From: Rhodothermales bacterium
GTDB taxonomy: Bacteria > Bacteroidota > Rhodothermia > Rhodothermales > Bin80
Direction of reading: 5' to 3'
NCBI GenBank assembly: GCA_965220935.1
Contig: OZ244857.1
Coordinates: 2,330,931-2,394,930, forward strand
Length of the DNA stretch: 64,000 bases
The notes beneath the pieces are model-generated. The model was given only the letters and a program-made list of their open reading frames with translations, was not told the DNA's origin and made no database searches. Made by a program: the position numbers and the translations under genes. This document shows, piece after piece, positions 39,635-49,613 of this stretch. Numbering within the stretch: position 1 is the stretch's first letter; the number at the start of each line of letters is the position of its first letter.

Positions 39635-41578
39635 ATGATGAGATATAAACTAGATTGCAGACTAGCGGGAGACTATCTCATCAGACTCTGGATTATACAG
39701 TTTGCAGTCATTGTTTTATTTGACTGCTTTTCCTTCGGTAATGATGCTAAGGCGCAGGAGATCGCAGGCTTTCCCCCTGAACTTGAATGGCATGCCCTGA
39801 AAGCACTGTATCAGTCTACGGATGGTGATAACTGGACTAATCATTCAAATTGGGACATGAATCGGACTTCTCTTCCAAGCTCCAACAGCCTTAATCAGTG
39901 GTATGGGGTTACGATGAATGATGATCATGTCACTGAATTAATTCTTCCCAACAATGGATTAACAGGTGCCCTACCGAGTCAATTACAATATTTAACCAAC
40001 CTTCAAGTCCTAGACCTCCAAGAAAACAATCTTTCTGGCTCAATCAGCCCATGGATAAATAGTCTATCTTCTCTTGTCAAACTTCGACTTCAACAAAATC
40101 GGCTTACCGGTTCTATTCCAACAGAATTGGGAAGATTGACTCAACTTGAATATCTGAATCTTCGTGGAAATGCTTTGGAGGGAACCATTCCTCAAAGCAT
40201 AGAAAATTTGTCCCGACTGAAAGGTTTGTGGTTACACAATAATCGCCTCATGGGTAGCATTCCACAGGGTGTGATTGACTTACAAAATTTGGAATGGCTC
40301 TGGCTTGGAGGAAACTCTGGACTATTGGGTGTCATTACCTTATCAGACTCAGATCGTTATAATAAAATAGATTTTTATCTGGGAGAAACTAATCTATGCA
40401 TTGAGCATGATGACCGTATCACACACACTATGATCTATGAATGCCTTCCATCGATGGAATGGGAGGCGCTCAATAAACTATTTGATGCGACCCAGGGAGA
40501 TGATTGGATCAATCACAGAGGCTGGACCTTTGATCGACGCCCGAGAGCTGACGATGTAGATCAATGGCATGGAGTGACCATTGAGAATGGGCGGGTTCAT
40601 GCCCTGAGTTTAGCACAAAATAATCTAAATGGACAAATTCCACAAGAATTGAATGCCTTTCAAAAACTGCAAGCCCTACAGTTAGATAAAAATCCCCTGC
40701 GTGGTACTCTTCCAGAGTCCATCACTCTCCTCAATAATTTGAAGATATTCTCCGCATCGGAGACCAGATTATGTGCCTCAGACAGTGATACATTTCAGTT
40801 ATGGCTTCAACAGATTCCAACATTATCAGGAATAAATAATTGTAGTACCATACAAGAAAATACCGCATTATCTGGGTCTGTTGACTCAGCAGAAAATTCA
40901 GTACTACTTCCTATCTGGCTAATTGCTACACTGATATTGCTCGGACTGATTGGCACATGTGCAGCAATTATTACTGGCCTTTATACTGCAAGGCGACTAA
41001 GGGAACCAGAATCCATTGAAATAGATCAAGAAGAAGATAAACTTAGGTTGATTGAGCAGCGAATTGACTTTTTAATTGAAACTGCAAATTCAATTACTCA
41101 CTTGGCTGAACAAAGCCTAAATCAGAGCGAAATTACGGAGAATTTTTCCTCGTCTATCAAAAGCTTGCGCGGTGCATTAGATGATCGAGATCAGGAAATT
41201 AAGCGCCTCAAAAAAGGCTACGATAGTACAATTTATCGTAAATTCGTTATACGCTTTATCCGAGTAAATCAAGCAGTTCAATATTTTTTACAGCAATCCG
41301 ATGACGCAATGTCTCAGCTTGAATCCATCCATTCACTCCTGGAGGATGCTCTCCTTGAGTGTGATGTCCATAGGTTTACCCCTGAGATCGGAAGCGATTA
41401 TCGGTCGGCCTTCGGTGTTGCAGACTATCCAAAAATTTTGGAGACAGATGTTGAGGGGGATGATTGCATGATCGCAGAAATTTTGGAACATGGCTATTAC
41501 ATCAAAGGGGGGCAAGAAAAAGAAGTTCTTATTCCTGCCCGTGTCGCAATCTATAGATTTAATACAAACCATCATTAA
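39635..41578 (+). CDS. single-pass membrane protein: extracytoplasmic tandem plant-type LRR modules + cytoplasmic coiled coil + GrpE-like domain
   Basis: Signal-like N-terminus (ATG at 39635). Two LRRNT-like caps (EWHALKALYQSTDGDNWTNHSNW...QWYGVT and EWEALNKLFDATQGDDWINHRGW...QWHGVT). LxxLxLxxNxLxGxIP repeats. TM helix at ~40903-40985. The C-terminus 'GSDYRSAFGVAD...IAEILEHGYYIKGGQEKEVLIPARVAIY' resembles the GrpE beta-domain. Confidence 0.75.
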   Translation: MMRYKLDCRLAGDYLIRLWIIQFAVIVLFDCFSFGNDAKAQEIAGFPPELEWHALKALYQSTDGDNWTNHSNWDMNRTSLPSSNSLNQWYGVTMNDDHVTELILPNNGLTGALPSQLQYLTNLQVLDLQENNLSGSISPWINSLSSLVKLRLQQNRLTGSIPTELGRLTQLEYLNLRGNALEGTIPQSIENLSRLKGLWLHNNRLMGSIPQGVIDLQNLEWLWLGGNSGLLGVITLSDSDRYNKIDFYLGETNLCIEHDDRITHTMIYECLPSMEWEALNKLFDATQGDDWINHRGWTFDRRPRADDVDQWHGVTIENGRVHALSLAQNNLNGQIPQELNAFQKLQALQLDKNPLRGTLPESITLLNNLKIFSASETRLCASDSDTFQLWLQQIPTLSGINNCSTIQENTALSGSVDSAENSVLLPIWLIATLILLGLIGTCAAIITGLYTARRLREPESIEIDQEEDKLRLIEQRIDFLIETANSITHLAEQSLNQSEITENFSSSIKSLRGALDDRDQEIKRLKKGYDSTIYRKFVIRFIRVNQAVQYFLQQSDDAMSQLESIHSLLEDALLECDVHRFTPEIGSDYRSAFGVADYPKILETDVEGDDCMIAEILEHGYYIKGGQEKEVLIPARVAIYRFNTNHH

Positions 41579-41580
41579 CT

Positions 41581-43104
41581 ATGAGTTCAGTCATCGGAAT
41601 TGATCTAGGTACAACCTACTCAGCTGTTGCACAATTTGACGAATTTGGAAGACCTGTCATGATCCCCGATGCAGAGGGAAAATATCTGATTCCATCATGT
41701 GTGGCCCTGATTAACGATGAATGGCGCGTGGGGGTTGATGCTTGGGGACAATGGTCTGCTGATCATGGAATTAACAATAAATCATCAGCAGCCCGCTTTA
41801 AGCGAGAAATGGGGACATCAAAGCATTATTCCATAGGCCAATACTCACTGGACCCCGTGGAACTCAGTAGTCATGTCCTGAAATGTTTGGCCGCTAATGC
41901 GGAGCAAGTCGTTGGCCCTCTGGCACCCGTTGTCATCGCTGTTCCTGCAAATTTCAGTAACGAAGCCCGTCAGGCCACCATTGACGCCTCAAAGTCTGCT
42001 GGCTTGGAGCTTGCAAACATCATCAATGAACCTACCGCAGCTGCCCTTTACTATGCCTATTCTGGCAAGCTGAGTCAAGCAGGATTATATGCAGTCTTTG
42101 ACTTGGGCGGCGGAACCTTTGATATTACCATTGCCGAATTTGATGGAAAATCCGTTGATGTGATTTGGAGTGACGGGATTGCACGACTTGGAGGGGTAGA
42201 TTTTGATGAGGCCTTACAGATGCTTGTCAAAGAAAAGTATGAAGATCTCACTAATGAAAAGATTTCTGAAAAGAATATGAATCATGAAGGATTTGATCTG
42301 CGAAGAATCCAAGATCTGAAACACTCACTGTCTCGTAGAGAAAAGGTGAGCGCATTTGTGAGGGGACAAGTGATTGAAGTGAGCCGAGAAGAGTTTGAAT
42401 CAAAAATTTCCAGTTTTGTGACACAAGTATATCTCTGCTGTGAAAATGCGATGGAAGGCGCTGATGTTGAACCCCATGATCTGGATGGTGTCATCCTCGC
42501 TGGAGGAAGCACTAGAATGCCCATCATCCAACAAACTGTTCAAGAACTTTTTGGTAAAGAACCACTGAGTATTGCTAATGTTGATGAAGTGGTCGCCTTA
42601 GGGGCTGCCTTATACGCTGGTCATCGTAGCGATCAGGATGTGCTCACAAAATTACAACAGGTATCAGCCGCTGAATTGAGTGTTCAAGATGTGGCGAATA
42701 AGCATTTTGGTACTAAGGCAATCGCAGATTCAAGCTGGGAGGCGGGTTCTTTCAGTGAGCCTAAACCGATTAATTCAATTATTATCAAAAAGGGAACTCC
42801 CATTCCATGCTCAATGACTGAAAAGTACATGACAGTTGTTCCTAATCAAACACAAATAGATTGTACTATCACTGAATGTGACCATGAAGAAGAAAATTTT
42901 GATCCAAAATTTGTCCGAATCATTGCAGATGGAAATCTTGAACTGCCTCCTGGTCGGCCACCTGGACAGGAGATTCTTGTGACCTACAAATACGATATCA
43001 ATCAAATTATGCATTGTTATTTTGAAGATACCGATTCGGGCAAAAAGAAAGAAATCACCGTTGATCTTATGAAAGGCGGTGATCAAAATGAGTGGTCATC
43101 CTGA
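41581..43104 (+). CDS. Hsp70-family ATPase, short substrate-binding domain, no helical lid
   Basis: 'IGIDLGTTYSAVA', 'NEPTAAALYYA', 'FDLGGGTFDITI' and 'ILAGGSTRMPIIQQTV'. 507 aa. The ATG lies 2 nt after the upstream stop. Confidence 0.85.
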   Translation: MSSVIGIDLGTTYSAVAQFDEFGRPVMIPDAEGKYLIPSCVALINDEWRVGVDAWGQWSADHGINNKSSAARFKREMGTSKHYSIGQYSLDPVELSSHVLKCLAANAEQVVGPLAPVVIAVPANFSNEARQATIDASKSAGLELANIINEPTAAALYYAYSGKLSQAGLYAVFDLGGGTFDITIAEFDGKSVDVIWSDGIARLGGVDFDEALQMLVKEKYEDLTNEKISEKNMNHEGFDLRRIQDLKHSLSRREKVSAFVRGQVIEVSREEFESKISSFVTQVYLCCENAMEGADVEPHDLDGVILAGGSTRMPIIQQTVQELFGKEPLSIANVDEVVALGAALYAGHRSDQDVLTKLQQVSAAELSVQDVANKHFGTKAIADSSWEAGSFSEPKPINSIIIKKGTPIPCSMTEKYMTVVPNQTQIDCTITECDHEEENFDPKFVRIIADGNLELPPGRPPGQEILVTYKYDINQIMHCYFEDTDSGKKKEITVDLMKGGDQNEWSS

Positions 43105-43264
43105 TAATGATGGTTAAAGTCTTTTTTCCTGCATATCAGTTCAATTGAATCATCTCATCGTAAACTTTTCACATGATGAACTCTCGTGATTCCCCGATCA
43201 GTACGCTTTGTCACTCCTCACAACAATCCAATGTGAGATTGTACTCTATTTATTCTATCTAATC

Positions 43265-44491
43265 ATGCGAAAATCTAGAACGAAATCTCCTTTGAGGCTT
43301 CGTGCCTCTCACATAAATATAGAAGACATTCCGACGACAAAAGTGGATATTATTGGAGATCTACCATGTGTTGCAATGAATAGAGACATTGAGCTATCCA
43401 TTTCCCTTTTTGATTGTGCTGATGAGGGTATCCATCCGATTCTATCCTATGAACCCCTGTTTCAAGAGGATGCATCTGCGGCCTATGAGTTGCGACTTAC
43501 ACTTGACGAGATCGGTGGATTACCCAATAAGATCAGGAAATGGACATCTATTGCAATCATACCTGAAACCGTATTGCTACCCCCTTATTCAGGTGAGCGA
43601 AGAGTGAGAGGTGTGGTGAGGCTACTTGACATGGAGAAGGAGGTCATTGTAGCAGGGGGTGAGGTGATTGAGAATCACACAGGAATCTTATGGATTGGCG
43701 AATTTTATTTTAATTTCTCTACATATTCTGGCTATATTGCGCTTGAAAAACAGAGGCGTAGAATTCAGTCAATCATGCTCAGGATTGCACTAGCAGTCGC
43801 AATGTCGGATGGAACATTGTCTCCCACTGAACATGATGTTATTACAGAGCGAGCTTTTGAATGGCAAGTGAGTGCAATGTATCGATATGATGGTTTAACT
43901 TACCAAAAGCGAAAAACGTCCTACAAGGGCATGATCACCCGTGCAATGAATAAAGCCAAGGCAAATGATCTCAAACTTGATACTCTCATCAATAGCCTGT
44001 ATCGTCTTGCAACCAGGAGTGAATGGGGTGAGACCCTCAACATCTGCAGTGATGTGATCATATCAAATGGAGTCGCAGACAACAAGCAATTCCGTGATCT
44101 AAACTATATCTCTAGTCATGCTCCGCTTGACCCGATGGTCATAGGGAATATTCGCGATAAAATTATCATGGAGCTTGATCTGACACAAATCATTCAGGGC
44201 GAATCCTATGAGTTCTTGGGAATTGATGACACTTGGGACATTCTAACAACGAGAAGATACCTTAGAGCGGAATATAAAAAGTGGAATGGTCGTCTCAACA
44301 CGGTTCCAGATGGAAGGGCCCGCCACAATACTCAGGCTATCCTTGATATGATCGGTAATGCCTACAAAAAATACACCACACCACATAAGAAAGCCATGTC
44401 TCAAACTACATCATCAAATCAGCCTTCACAAACCTCTAACGAATCCCTGATTGATCCATCTCAATTAAAAATCTTTGATGACTCAAACTGA
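43265..44491 (+). CDS. TerB-domain (DjlA-like) protein with unknown N-terminal domain
   Basis: 'RIALAVAMSDGTLSPTEHDVI' and 'DVIISNGVADNKQFRDLNYI' resemble TerB/DjlA N-domain repeats. The C-terminal 'YEFLGIDDTW...YLRAEYKKWNGRLNT' is J-domain-like in position but has no HPD. Ser/Thr/Gln-rich tail. Confidence 0.55.
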   Translation: MRKSRTKSPLRLRASHINIEDIPTTKVDIIGDLPCVAMNRDIELSISLFDCADEGIHPILSYEPLFQEDASAAYELRLTLDEIGGLPNKIRKWTSIAIIPETVLLPPYSGERRVRGVVRLLDMEKEVIVAGGEVIENHTGILWIGEFYFNFSTYSGYIALEKQRRRIQSIMLRIALAVAMSDGTLSPTEHDVITERAFEWQVSAMYRYDGLTYQKRKTSYKGMITRAMNKAKANDLKLDTLINSLYRLATRSEWGETLNICSDVIISNGVADNKQFRDLNYISSHAPLDPMVIGNIRDKIIMELDLTQIIQGESYEFLGIDDTWDILTTRRYLRAEYKKWNGRLNTVPDGRARHNTQAILDMIGNAYKKYTTPHKKAMSQTTSSNQPSQTSNESLIDPSQLKIFDDSN

Positions 44492-44545
44492 AACCATTAT
44501 GGTATTTCTCATTGATGCTTCTTCTGCTAATACTACATTCATTTT

Positions 44546-47365
44546 CTACTCAGATTGTTCTGGATACAGAGTCACACGAACATAGCGGTCGGTCAACCAC
44601 ATCTTCGCAGCTTCCTGTAAATCACTCGCAGTAAGACTACTGACAAGTTCATTGTAGCGGAGAATGTCGTTTGGCGTAGTCATGCTGTCAGAATAATAAG
44701 ATGAACGCAATGCACCTAACCAGAATCCGTTCTCTTCCATGCTGACCGTTCTATCCTGACGTTGTTGCTCTTGAACACGCGTCACATAATCTTGGTCTAT
44801 TCCATTTTGCTGAATATCTTTAATTGATTCAAAGACCGCATCGGTCAACTCTTCTGCACGCTCTGGGTCACAACGAAAACTGATTGTAAATGAGTAATCT
44901 TCATCAGGGCGAAAACTCAGCGAACCATTGACGCCCGCTCCGTATACACCTCCAAGTTCTTCGCGAAGCTTCTCAAACAGTAAAATATCAAGGAACATTT
45001 CTAGAGATTCCATATGATAATTCGCTTCACGTGAATACGCAGAAGGGCCGTTAAAAACAATGCTCACCCGACTCTGAGGTTCTTGCCCCATGTATACGGT
45101 TTTAACAACCGTTCCCTCGGGAGATTGAACCCCAATGTTCTGCCATGTTTCTTCCCGCTCAGTCACTGGAAGCGTTCCTAAATAAGTCTGAGACAGTGCG
45201 ATGAGTTGATCAACATCAAACGCGCCCACAAATACAAACACGAAGTCATCCATGTCTTCAAATCGCTCCTGATAAATTTCAAAAACTCGCTCCTGATCTA
45301 CGGCATCTAATTCTTCAACCGTCGTTGGCCTATACCGGGGGTGATTCATGTAGAGTGTACTTTGAAGCGTATCAATAAAGACACCATCTGGTGAATTTGC
45401 CCTGTTTGCTAAAAATGTACGATTGATATTGATTTGAGAGAGAAATGACGAGGAGTCAAGCCTTGCCTGAGTCGCGCGCAAATGGATCAACTGAAATAGT
45501 AACTCAAGATCCTCGGGGGAGGCTTGACCTCTAAACCCCTCATATAATCCGCTAATGGATGCTTGAACGTTGGCCCGCTTCCCAGCCATCTTCTTTTGTA
45601 ATGCTGTCTCATCAAATACACCAACACCACTAGTGCTAACAGTATTCGCAGCAAAGGTAGCCGTGAGGTATTCCTCATCACTGTACAGGGAGGTGCCGCC
45701 TTCACTGAACGCCGTGAACTGCACCTCATCAGCTCTAAAATCCGTAGGTTTCATGACAACCCGAATTCCATTGTCGAGAGTGATCTCAGTGACACCAATG
45801 TCTGGAATTGAATCCATCGCGATGACAGTCGCTGGTGCCAATGTTCCCGAAAATAAGGGAGCATCAACAGCCGTATCGACATATGGATCAACAGGTGTGT
45901 CAATGAATTCCTCAAAGGTAGAGGCTAATAGATCCTCGGTGATCCAGTCTAGGGATTCTTTCTCTGGAATATCCACGATCACCGCTCGGTCTAAACTGCT
46001 GAGCGCTTCTGGCAGATAAGCACTCACCTCCTCTAACGTAATTGTAGGAAGTAGTAGCTGTGCCAGATCATAGGCATTTACTGACCCTGGAATAGGAATA
46101 TCTTCTAAAAAATGCTCTACATATAGTGAAGCATGCTGTGCAGAGGGTGTATTCTCACGCTCATTATAGGCCTCCTCCAAGGAGCGTAAAAATGAATCTT
46201 TTTCTCTGGTAAATTCACCCTCGGTAAAACGATGTTGCTTAACACGCTCTGATTCCAGAATCAGTGTTTGAAGTGCTGAAACGAGGCTATCCTCGTTAGC
46301 ATACGCGATAATATTGAGCATAGATACATCTCGGACTAAGTTTTGAAGACCCGCATTCGCTGCAAGAAAAGGAGCCCGTGCGCCATCTTGGGCTATCTCG
46401 CCGAACCGCTGAGAAAGCATTCCACTAGCCAGAGATCCAACCAATGATTGTCGATAGTCGGCTATGGTATTTTGTTCAACCGTTGGCTGTCTAAACAATA
46501 ACGAAAGTTGGGGAAAGAAGTCATACTCTGGATCGCTGACGACTTTGTATCTCGTTTCAAGTGCTGGAACTTCATACTTCAGACGAGGCGTGGGGTTTTC
46601 AGGTTCTGGTAAGGATTGAAAATGCTCCTCCACCAGTGACCTCATAGTCTCAACATCCATTGAACCGACGACAATCACTGCCATCAAGTCAGGGCGATAC
46701 CATGTTTCGTAAAACCGGCGGACGGTTTCATAATCACTATTTTTGATGACGAGCGTGTCACCGATTGGAAGCCGCTCCGCATAGCGAGAATTTCCTAATA
46801 GCGTAGGAATCATTTGATCTAACATCCTACCAGAAGCGCCACGGCCGGTACGCCATTCTTCAATGACCACCCCACGTTCATTGTCAATCTCTTCATCGCT
46901 GATGGTTGCATACGCCGCCCAGTCTTCTAAGACTTCAAAAGCCTTTCGGACAACCTCAATGCTATCGGTCGGTACTTGGAGTTGATAGACCGTTTCATCA
47001 AAACTGGTATAGGCGTTGATATCTGGTCCGATTTGCATTCCAATACGCTGTAAGAAAGCGATGAGTGTCATCTTAGGAAAGCGTTCTGTTCCATTAAAAA
47101 GCATATGCTCCACAAAATGAGCTAACCCTCGTTGGTCATCATCTTCCATCAAACTCCCAGCATTAACAACAAGGCGAAGTTCAAGGCGTGATTCGGGTTC
47201 ATGATTTTCCCTTAGGTAATAGGTCATTCCATTTTCTAACTCCCCGATCGTAACAGTACTATCAATCGGAATAGGTCTGTCTAAATTGACCTGTGCCCGT
47301 GTACTGATGACGAATAATGATGCCAGAAGTAGGCAGAGTATTGAGGAAAAATATTTTGTGAACAT
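44546..47365 (-). CDS. M16-family (pitrilysin/insulinase-like) zinc peptidase, double-unit
   Basis: Signal peptide, inverted zinc motif 'GLAHFVEHMLFNG' (HxxEH), 939 aa. Confidence 0.9.
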   Translation of the reverse strand: MFTKYFSSILCLLLASLFVISTRAQVNLDRPIPIDSTVTIGELENGMTYYLRENHEPESRLELRLVVNAGSLMEDDDQRGLAHFVEHMLFNGTERFPKMTLIAFLQRIGMQIGPDINAYTSFDETVYQLQVPTDSIEVVRKAFEVLEDWAAYATISDEEIDNERGVVIEEWRTGRGASGRMLDQMIPTLLGNSRYAERLPIGDTLVIKNSDYETVRRFYETWYRPDLMAVIVVGSMDVETMRSLVEEHFQSLPEPENPTPRLKYEVPALETRYKVVSDPEYDFFPQLSLLFRQPTVEQNTIADYRQSLVGSLASGMLSQRFGEIAQDGARAPFLAANAGLQNLVRDVSMLNIIAYANEDSLVSALQTLILESERVKQHRFTEGEFTREKDSFLRSLEEAYNERENTPSAQHASLYVEHFLEDIPIPGSVNAYDLAQLLLPTITLEEVSAYLPEALSSLDRAVIVDIPEKESLDWITEDLLASTFEEFIDTPVDPYVDTAVDAPLFSGTLAPATVIAMDSIPDIGVTEITLDNGIRVVMKPTDFRADEVQFTAFSEGGTSLYSDEEYLTATFAANTVSTSGVGVFDETALQKKMAGKRANVQASISGLYEGFRGQASPEDLELLFQLIHLRATQARLDSSSFLSQININRTFLANRANSPDGVFIDTLQSTLYMNHPRYRPTTVEELDAVDQERVFEIYQERFEDMDDFVFVFVGAFDVDQLIALSQTYLGTLPVTEREETWQNIGVQSPEGTVVKTVYMGQEPQSRVSIVFNGPSAYSREANYHMESLEMFLDILLFEKLREELGGVYGAGVNGSLSFRPDEDYSFTISFRCDPERAEELTDAVFESIKDIQQNGIDQDYVTRVQEQQRQDRTVSMEENGFWLGALRSSYYSDSMTTPNDILRYNELVSSLTASDLQEAAKMWLTDRYVRVTLYPEQSE

Positions 47366-47524
47366 GAGATCAAAATTGAGTGAATATCTGTATTATTTTC
47401 AAATATGTTAAAGTCCTATGACAATCATTGATTGTATCATCGAGTTTTTCAAATCACATTAATCGGTAGTGTACAAAAAAATAGAAATTCATGAGGTCTG
47501 GGTGTGTCTTGCACGAACAAATAA

Positions 47525-48427
47525 TTAAAGATTTTCCTGAATTCGTTGAATGATTTCATCAAAAGCTTCAATTGGTTGTGCACCACTTAGAAGGAATCCA
47601 TTGACAAAGAAGGCTGGAGTGCCAGACAGACCAAAGCGTTTGGCGGTGGCAATAGAAATATCAATATCCATAGATACTCCCTGATTTGAAGCAGAAGATG
47701 TGTCCATGGCACATGCTTTCCACTGATCGATATCCACGGATGTTTGCTCCAACCAGGCCGATGCCCTGTCCATCACTGATTCGTTTGTGAGTTCACGCTG
47801 GTGATCAAAGAATTGATCATGTAATAACCAAAATGTGGACTCGTCTTGCCTCGCTGCACACTCAGCGGCAATAGACGCTTTTTTTGCCCAGTCATGAAAA
47901 TCTAATGGAAAATGAAGATAGACAAATCGTATGTCTTCTGGGTATTTAAGTAATAATTCATCAATGACTGATCTAGCACGCGCACAAAATGAGCATTGAA
48001 AATCACTGAATTCAAAAATCGTGATTGGGGCTTCGGGATGCCCCCTGTAGGGTTTCCCCTCTGCAAACCGGCTTAATGCGCGATGAGATTCTTGGGCAAG
48101 CAGTGTCTGTTGCCTGTCTTGTTCTTCTAATTCTTCGGTAATTTCAGATTGACTAAGACTGACATCAATGGGATCACCCGTGATAAGAATGAGTTGATTC
48201 AACTCTTGCGAGAGCAAGAACTTGACTGATTGTTGACCATTAATCGTCAATGTACCCTGCTGGAGATTTCCGTAAGGGCTTGATTCCAATGTGTCAATTT
48301 CCATTGCTGCCCCGCGTAACTCGGGGATTTGAATTCTGAGGTTGTCCAGAATCTGTTCATCGCTGAGTTGCTGGGCAGATGCTGAAAGTGCAACCAAAAA
48401 ACTGATCAGGAGTAAAGGTAATCGCAT
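47525..48427 (-). CDS. DsbA-family thioredoxin-fold thiol:disulfide oxidoreductase
   Basis: Signal peptide 'MRLPLLLISFLVALSASAQ' and CxxC motif 'FSDFQCSFCAR'. Confidence 0.75.
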   Translation of the reverse strand: MRLPLLLISFLVALSASAQQLSDEQILDNLRIQIPELRGAAMEIDTLESSPYGNLQQGTLTINGQQSVKFLLSQELNQLILITGDPIDVSLSQSEITEELEEQDRQQTLLAQESHRALSRFAEGKPYRGHPEAPITIFEFSDFQCSFCARARSVIDELLLKYPEDIRFVYLHFPLDFHDWAKKASIAAECAARQDESTFWLLHDQFFDHQRELTNESVMDRASAWLEQTSVDIDQWKACAMDTSSASNQGVSMDIDISIATAKRFGLSGTPAFFVNGFLLSGAQPIEAFDEIIQRIQENL

Positions 48428-48489
48428 GAATAAATATTTACACAACGCTTACTAACAACTCAATCATCTAATTGTTGCTTTTTACAGCT

Positions 48490-49377
48490 ATGAAGACACT
48501 GACCAAAGAAAATTTACCCGATGAGGTATTTGATTTATTTGACAAATATGTTCACAGTCAAATTTCTCGGCGTCAATTTTTAGATCAAGCATCAAAGTAT
48601 GCAGTTGGAGCGATGACCGCCGCTGTGATGCTTGATTTCCTTTCTCCTAAGTACTCATCGGCTCAGCAGATTCGCAGTGGTGATCCGCGTTTATCTGAAG
48701 AATATGTCACTTATGAAAGTCCAAATGGTGGTGGTGCGATCCGAGCGCTACTCTGTCAACCAAAGGATAAATCATACCCCTTGCCAGGTGTCGTTGTTGT
48801 CCACGAAAATCGTGGCTTAAATCCGCATATTGAAGACGTATGCCGTCGTGCTGCCTTAGCGGGATTTATCAGCCTCGCACCCGACGCATTGACACCATTT
48901 GGTGGATACCCTGGCACCGATGATGAAGGTCGTGAATTACAGAGTCAGCGCGATCGATTTGAGATGCTTGAAGATTTTATCGCAGGATTTGACTATCTCA
49001 AACCCCATGAGCAATGCACGGGCGAAGTCGGCGTTGTCGGGTTCTGTTTTGGTGGCTGGATTTCTAACATGATGGCCACAAGGCTTGATGACTTAGGTGC
49101 TGCTGTTCCGTTTTATGGAGGACAACCAGAAGAGGAGCTTGTGCCTCAAATCACGGCGCCATTATTACTTCATTTTGCTGAAAATGACCGATGGGTCAAT
49201 GCTGGGTGGCCTGCCTATGAAGCAGCCCTGAAGAAATATGAAAAAGACTATACTGCTTATATCTATGAAGGCCTTCAGCATGGATTCCATAATGATACAA
49301 CACCAAGGTTTGACCCTGATGGTGCCAAACTTGCTTGGACTCGGACAATTGACTTCTTTAACGAGCACCTGAACTAA
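48490..49377 (+). CDS. dienelactone hydrolase family protein (TAT-like signal)
   Basis: 'SRRQFLDQASKYAVGAMTAAV', 'VVVHENRGLNPHIEDV' and 'GVVGFCFGG'. 295 aa from ATG at 48490. Confidence 0.8.
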   Translation: MKTLTKENLPDEVFDLFDKYVHSQISRRQFLDQASKYAVGAMTAAVMLDFLSPKYSSAQQIRSGDPRLSEEYVTYESPNGGGAIRALLCQPKDKSYPLPGVVVVHENRGLNPHIEDVCRRAALAGFISLAPDALTPFGGYPGTDDEGRELQSQRDRFEMLEDFIAGFDYLKPHEQCTGEVGVVGFCFGGWISNMMATRLDDLGAAVPFYGGQPEEELVPQITAPLLLHFAENDRWVNAGWPAYEAALKKYEKDYTAYIYEGLQHGFHNDTTPRFDPDGAKLAWTRTIDFFNEHLN

Positions 49378-49511
49378 TATTGTTGACTGATTTTATTTCT
49401 ATTGTGATACGCAATGATGGTCACATGCGAAAATAGAATCTAATTTGAATATTAGGCTCCGTGGTCTATCACCAGCAATTCCCACTAACGGCGTAGAATC
49501 TAGTTGATCTA

Positions 49512-49610
49512 CTATTTCAGGTACATCTCCTGCAAATCTGGCGGGTTTCGAATCACAGAAAATCCACTCTTCTTGAGCAGTTGAACAATTTTTCGCTCAT
49601 ACCCAGCCAT
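49512..49610 (-). pseudogene. truncated HicA-like toxin remnant (32 codons)
   Basis: The ATG lies 3 nt after the upstream stop. 'MAGYERKIVQLLKKSGFSVIRN' resembles a HicA/YcfA N-terminus, but the conserved GSH core and C-terminus are missing. Confidence 0.35.
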
Positions 49611-49613
49611 AGC

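Noticed and set aside
44190-44360. Calling the C-terminal module of the TerB-domain protein a J-domain
   Set aside because: The position and helical character fit DjlA, but there is no HPD tripeptide. It is kept as 'J-like, unproven'.
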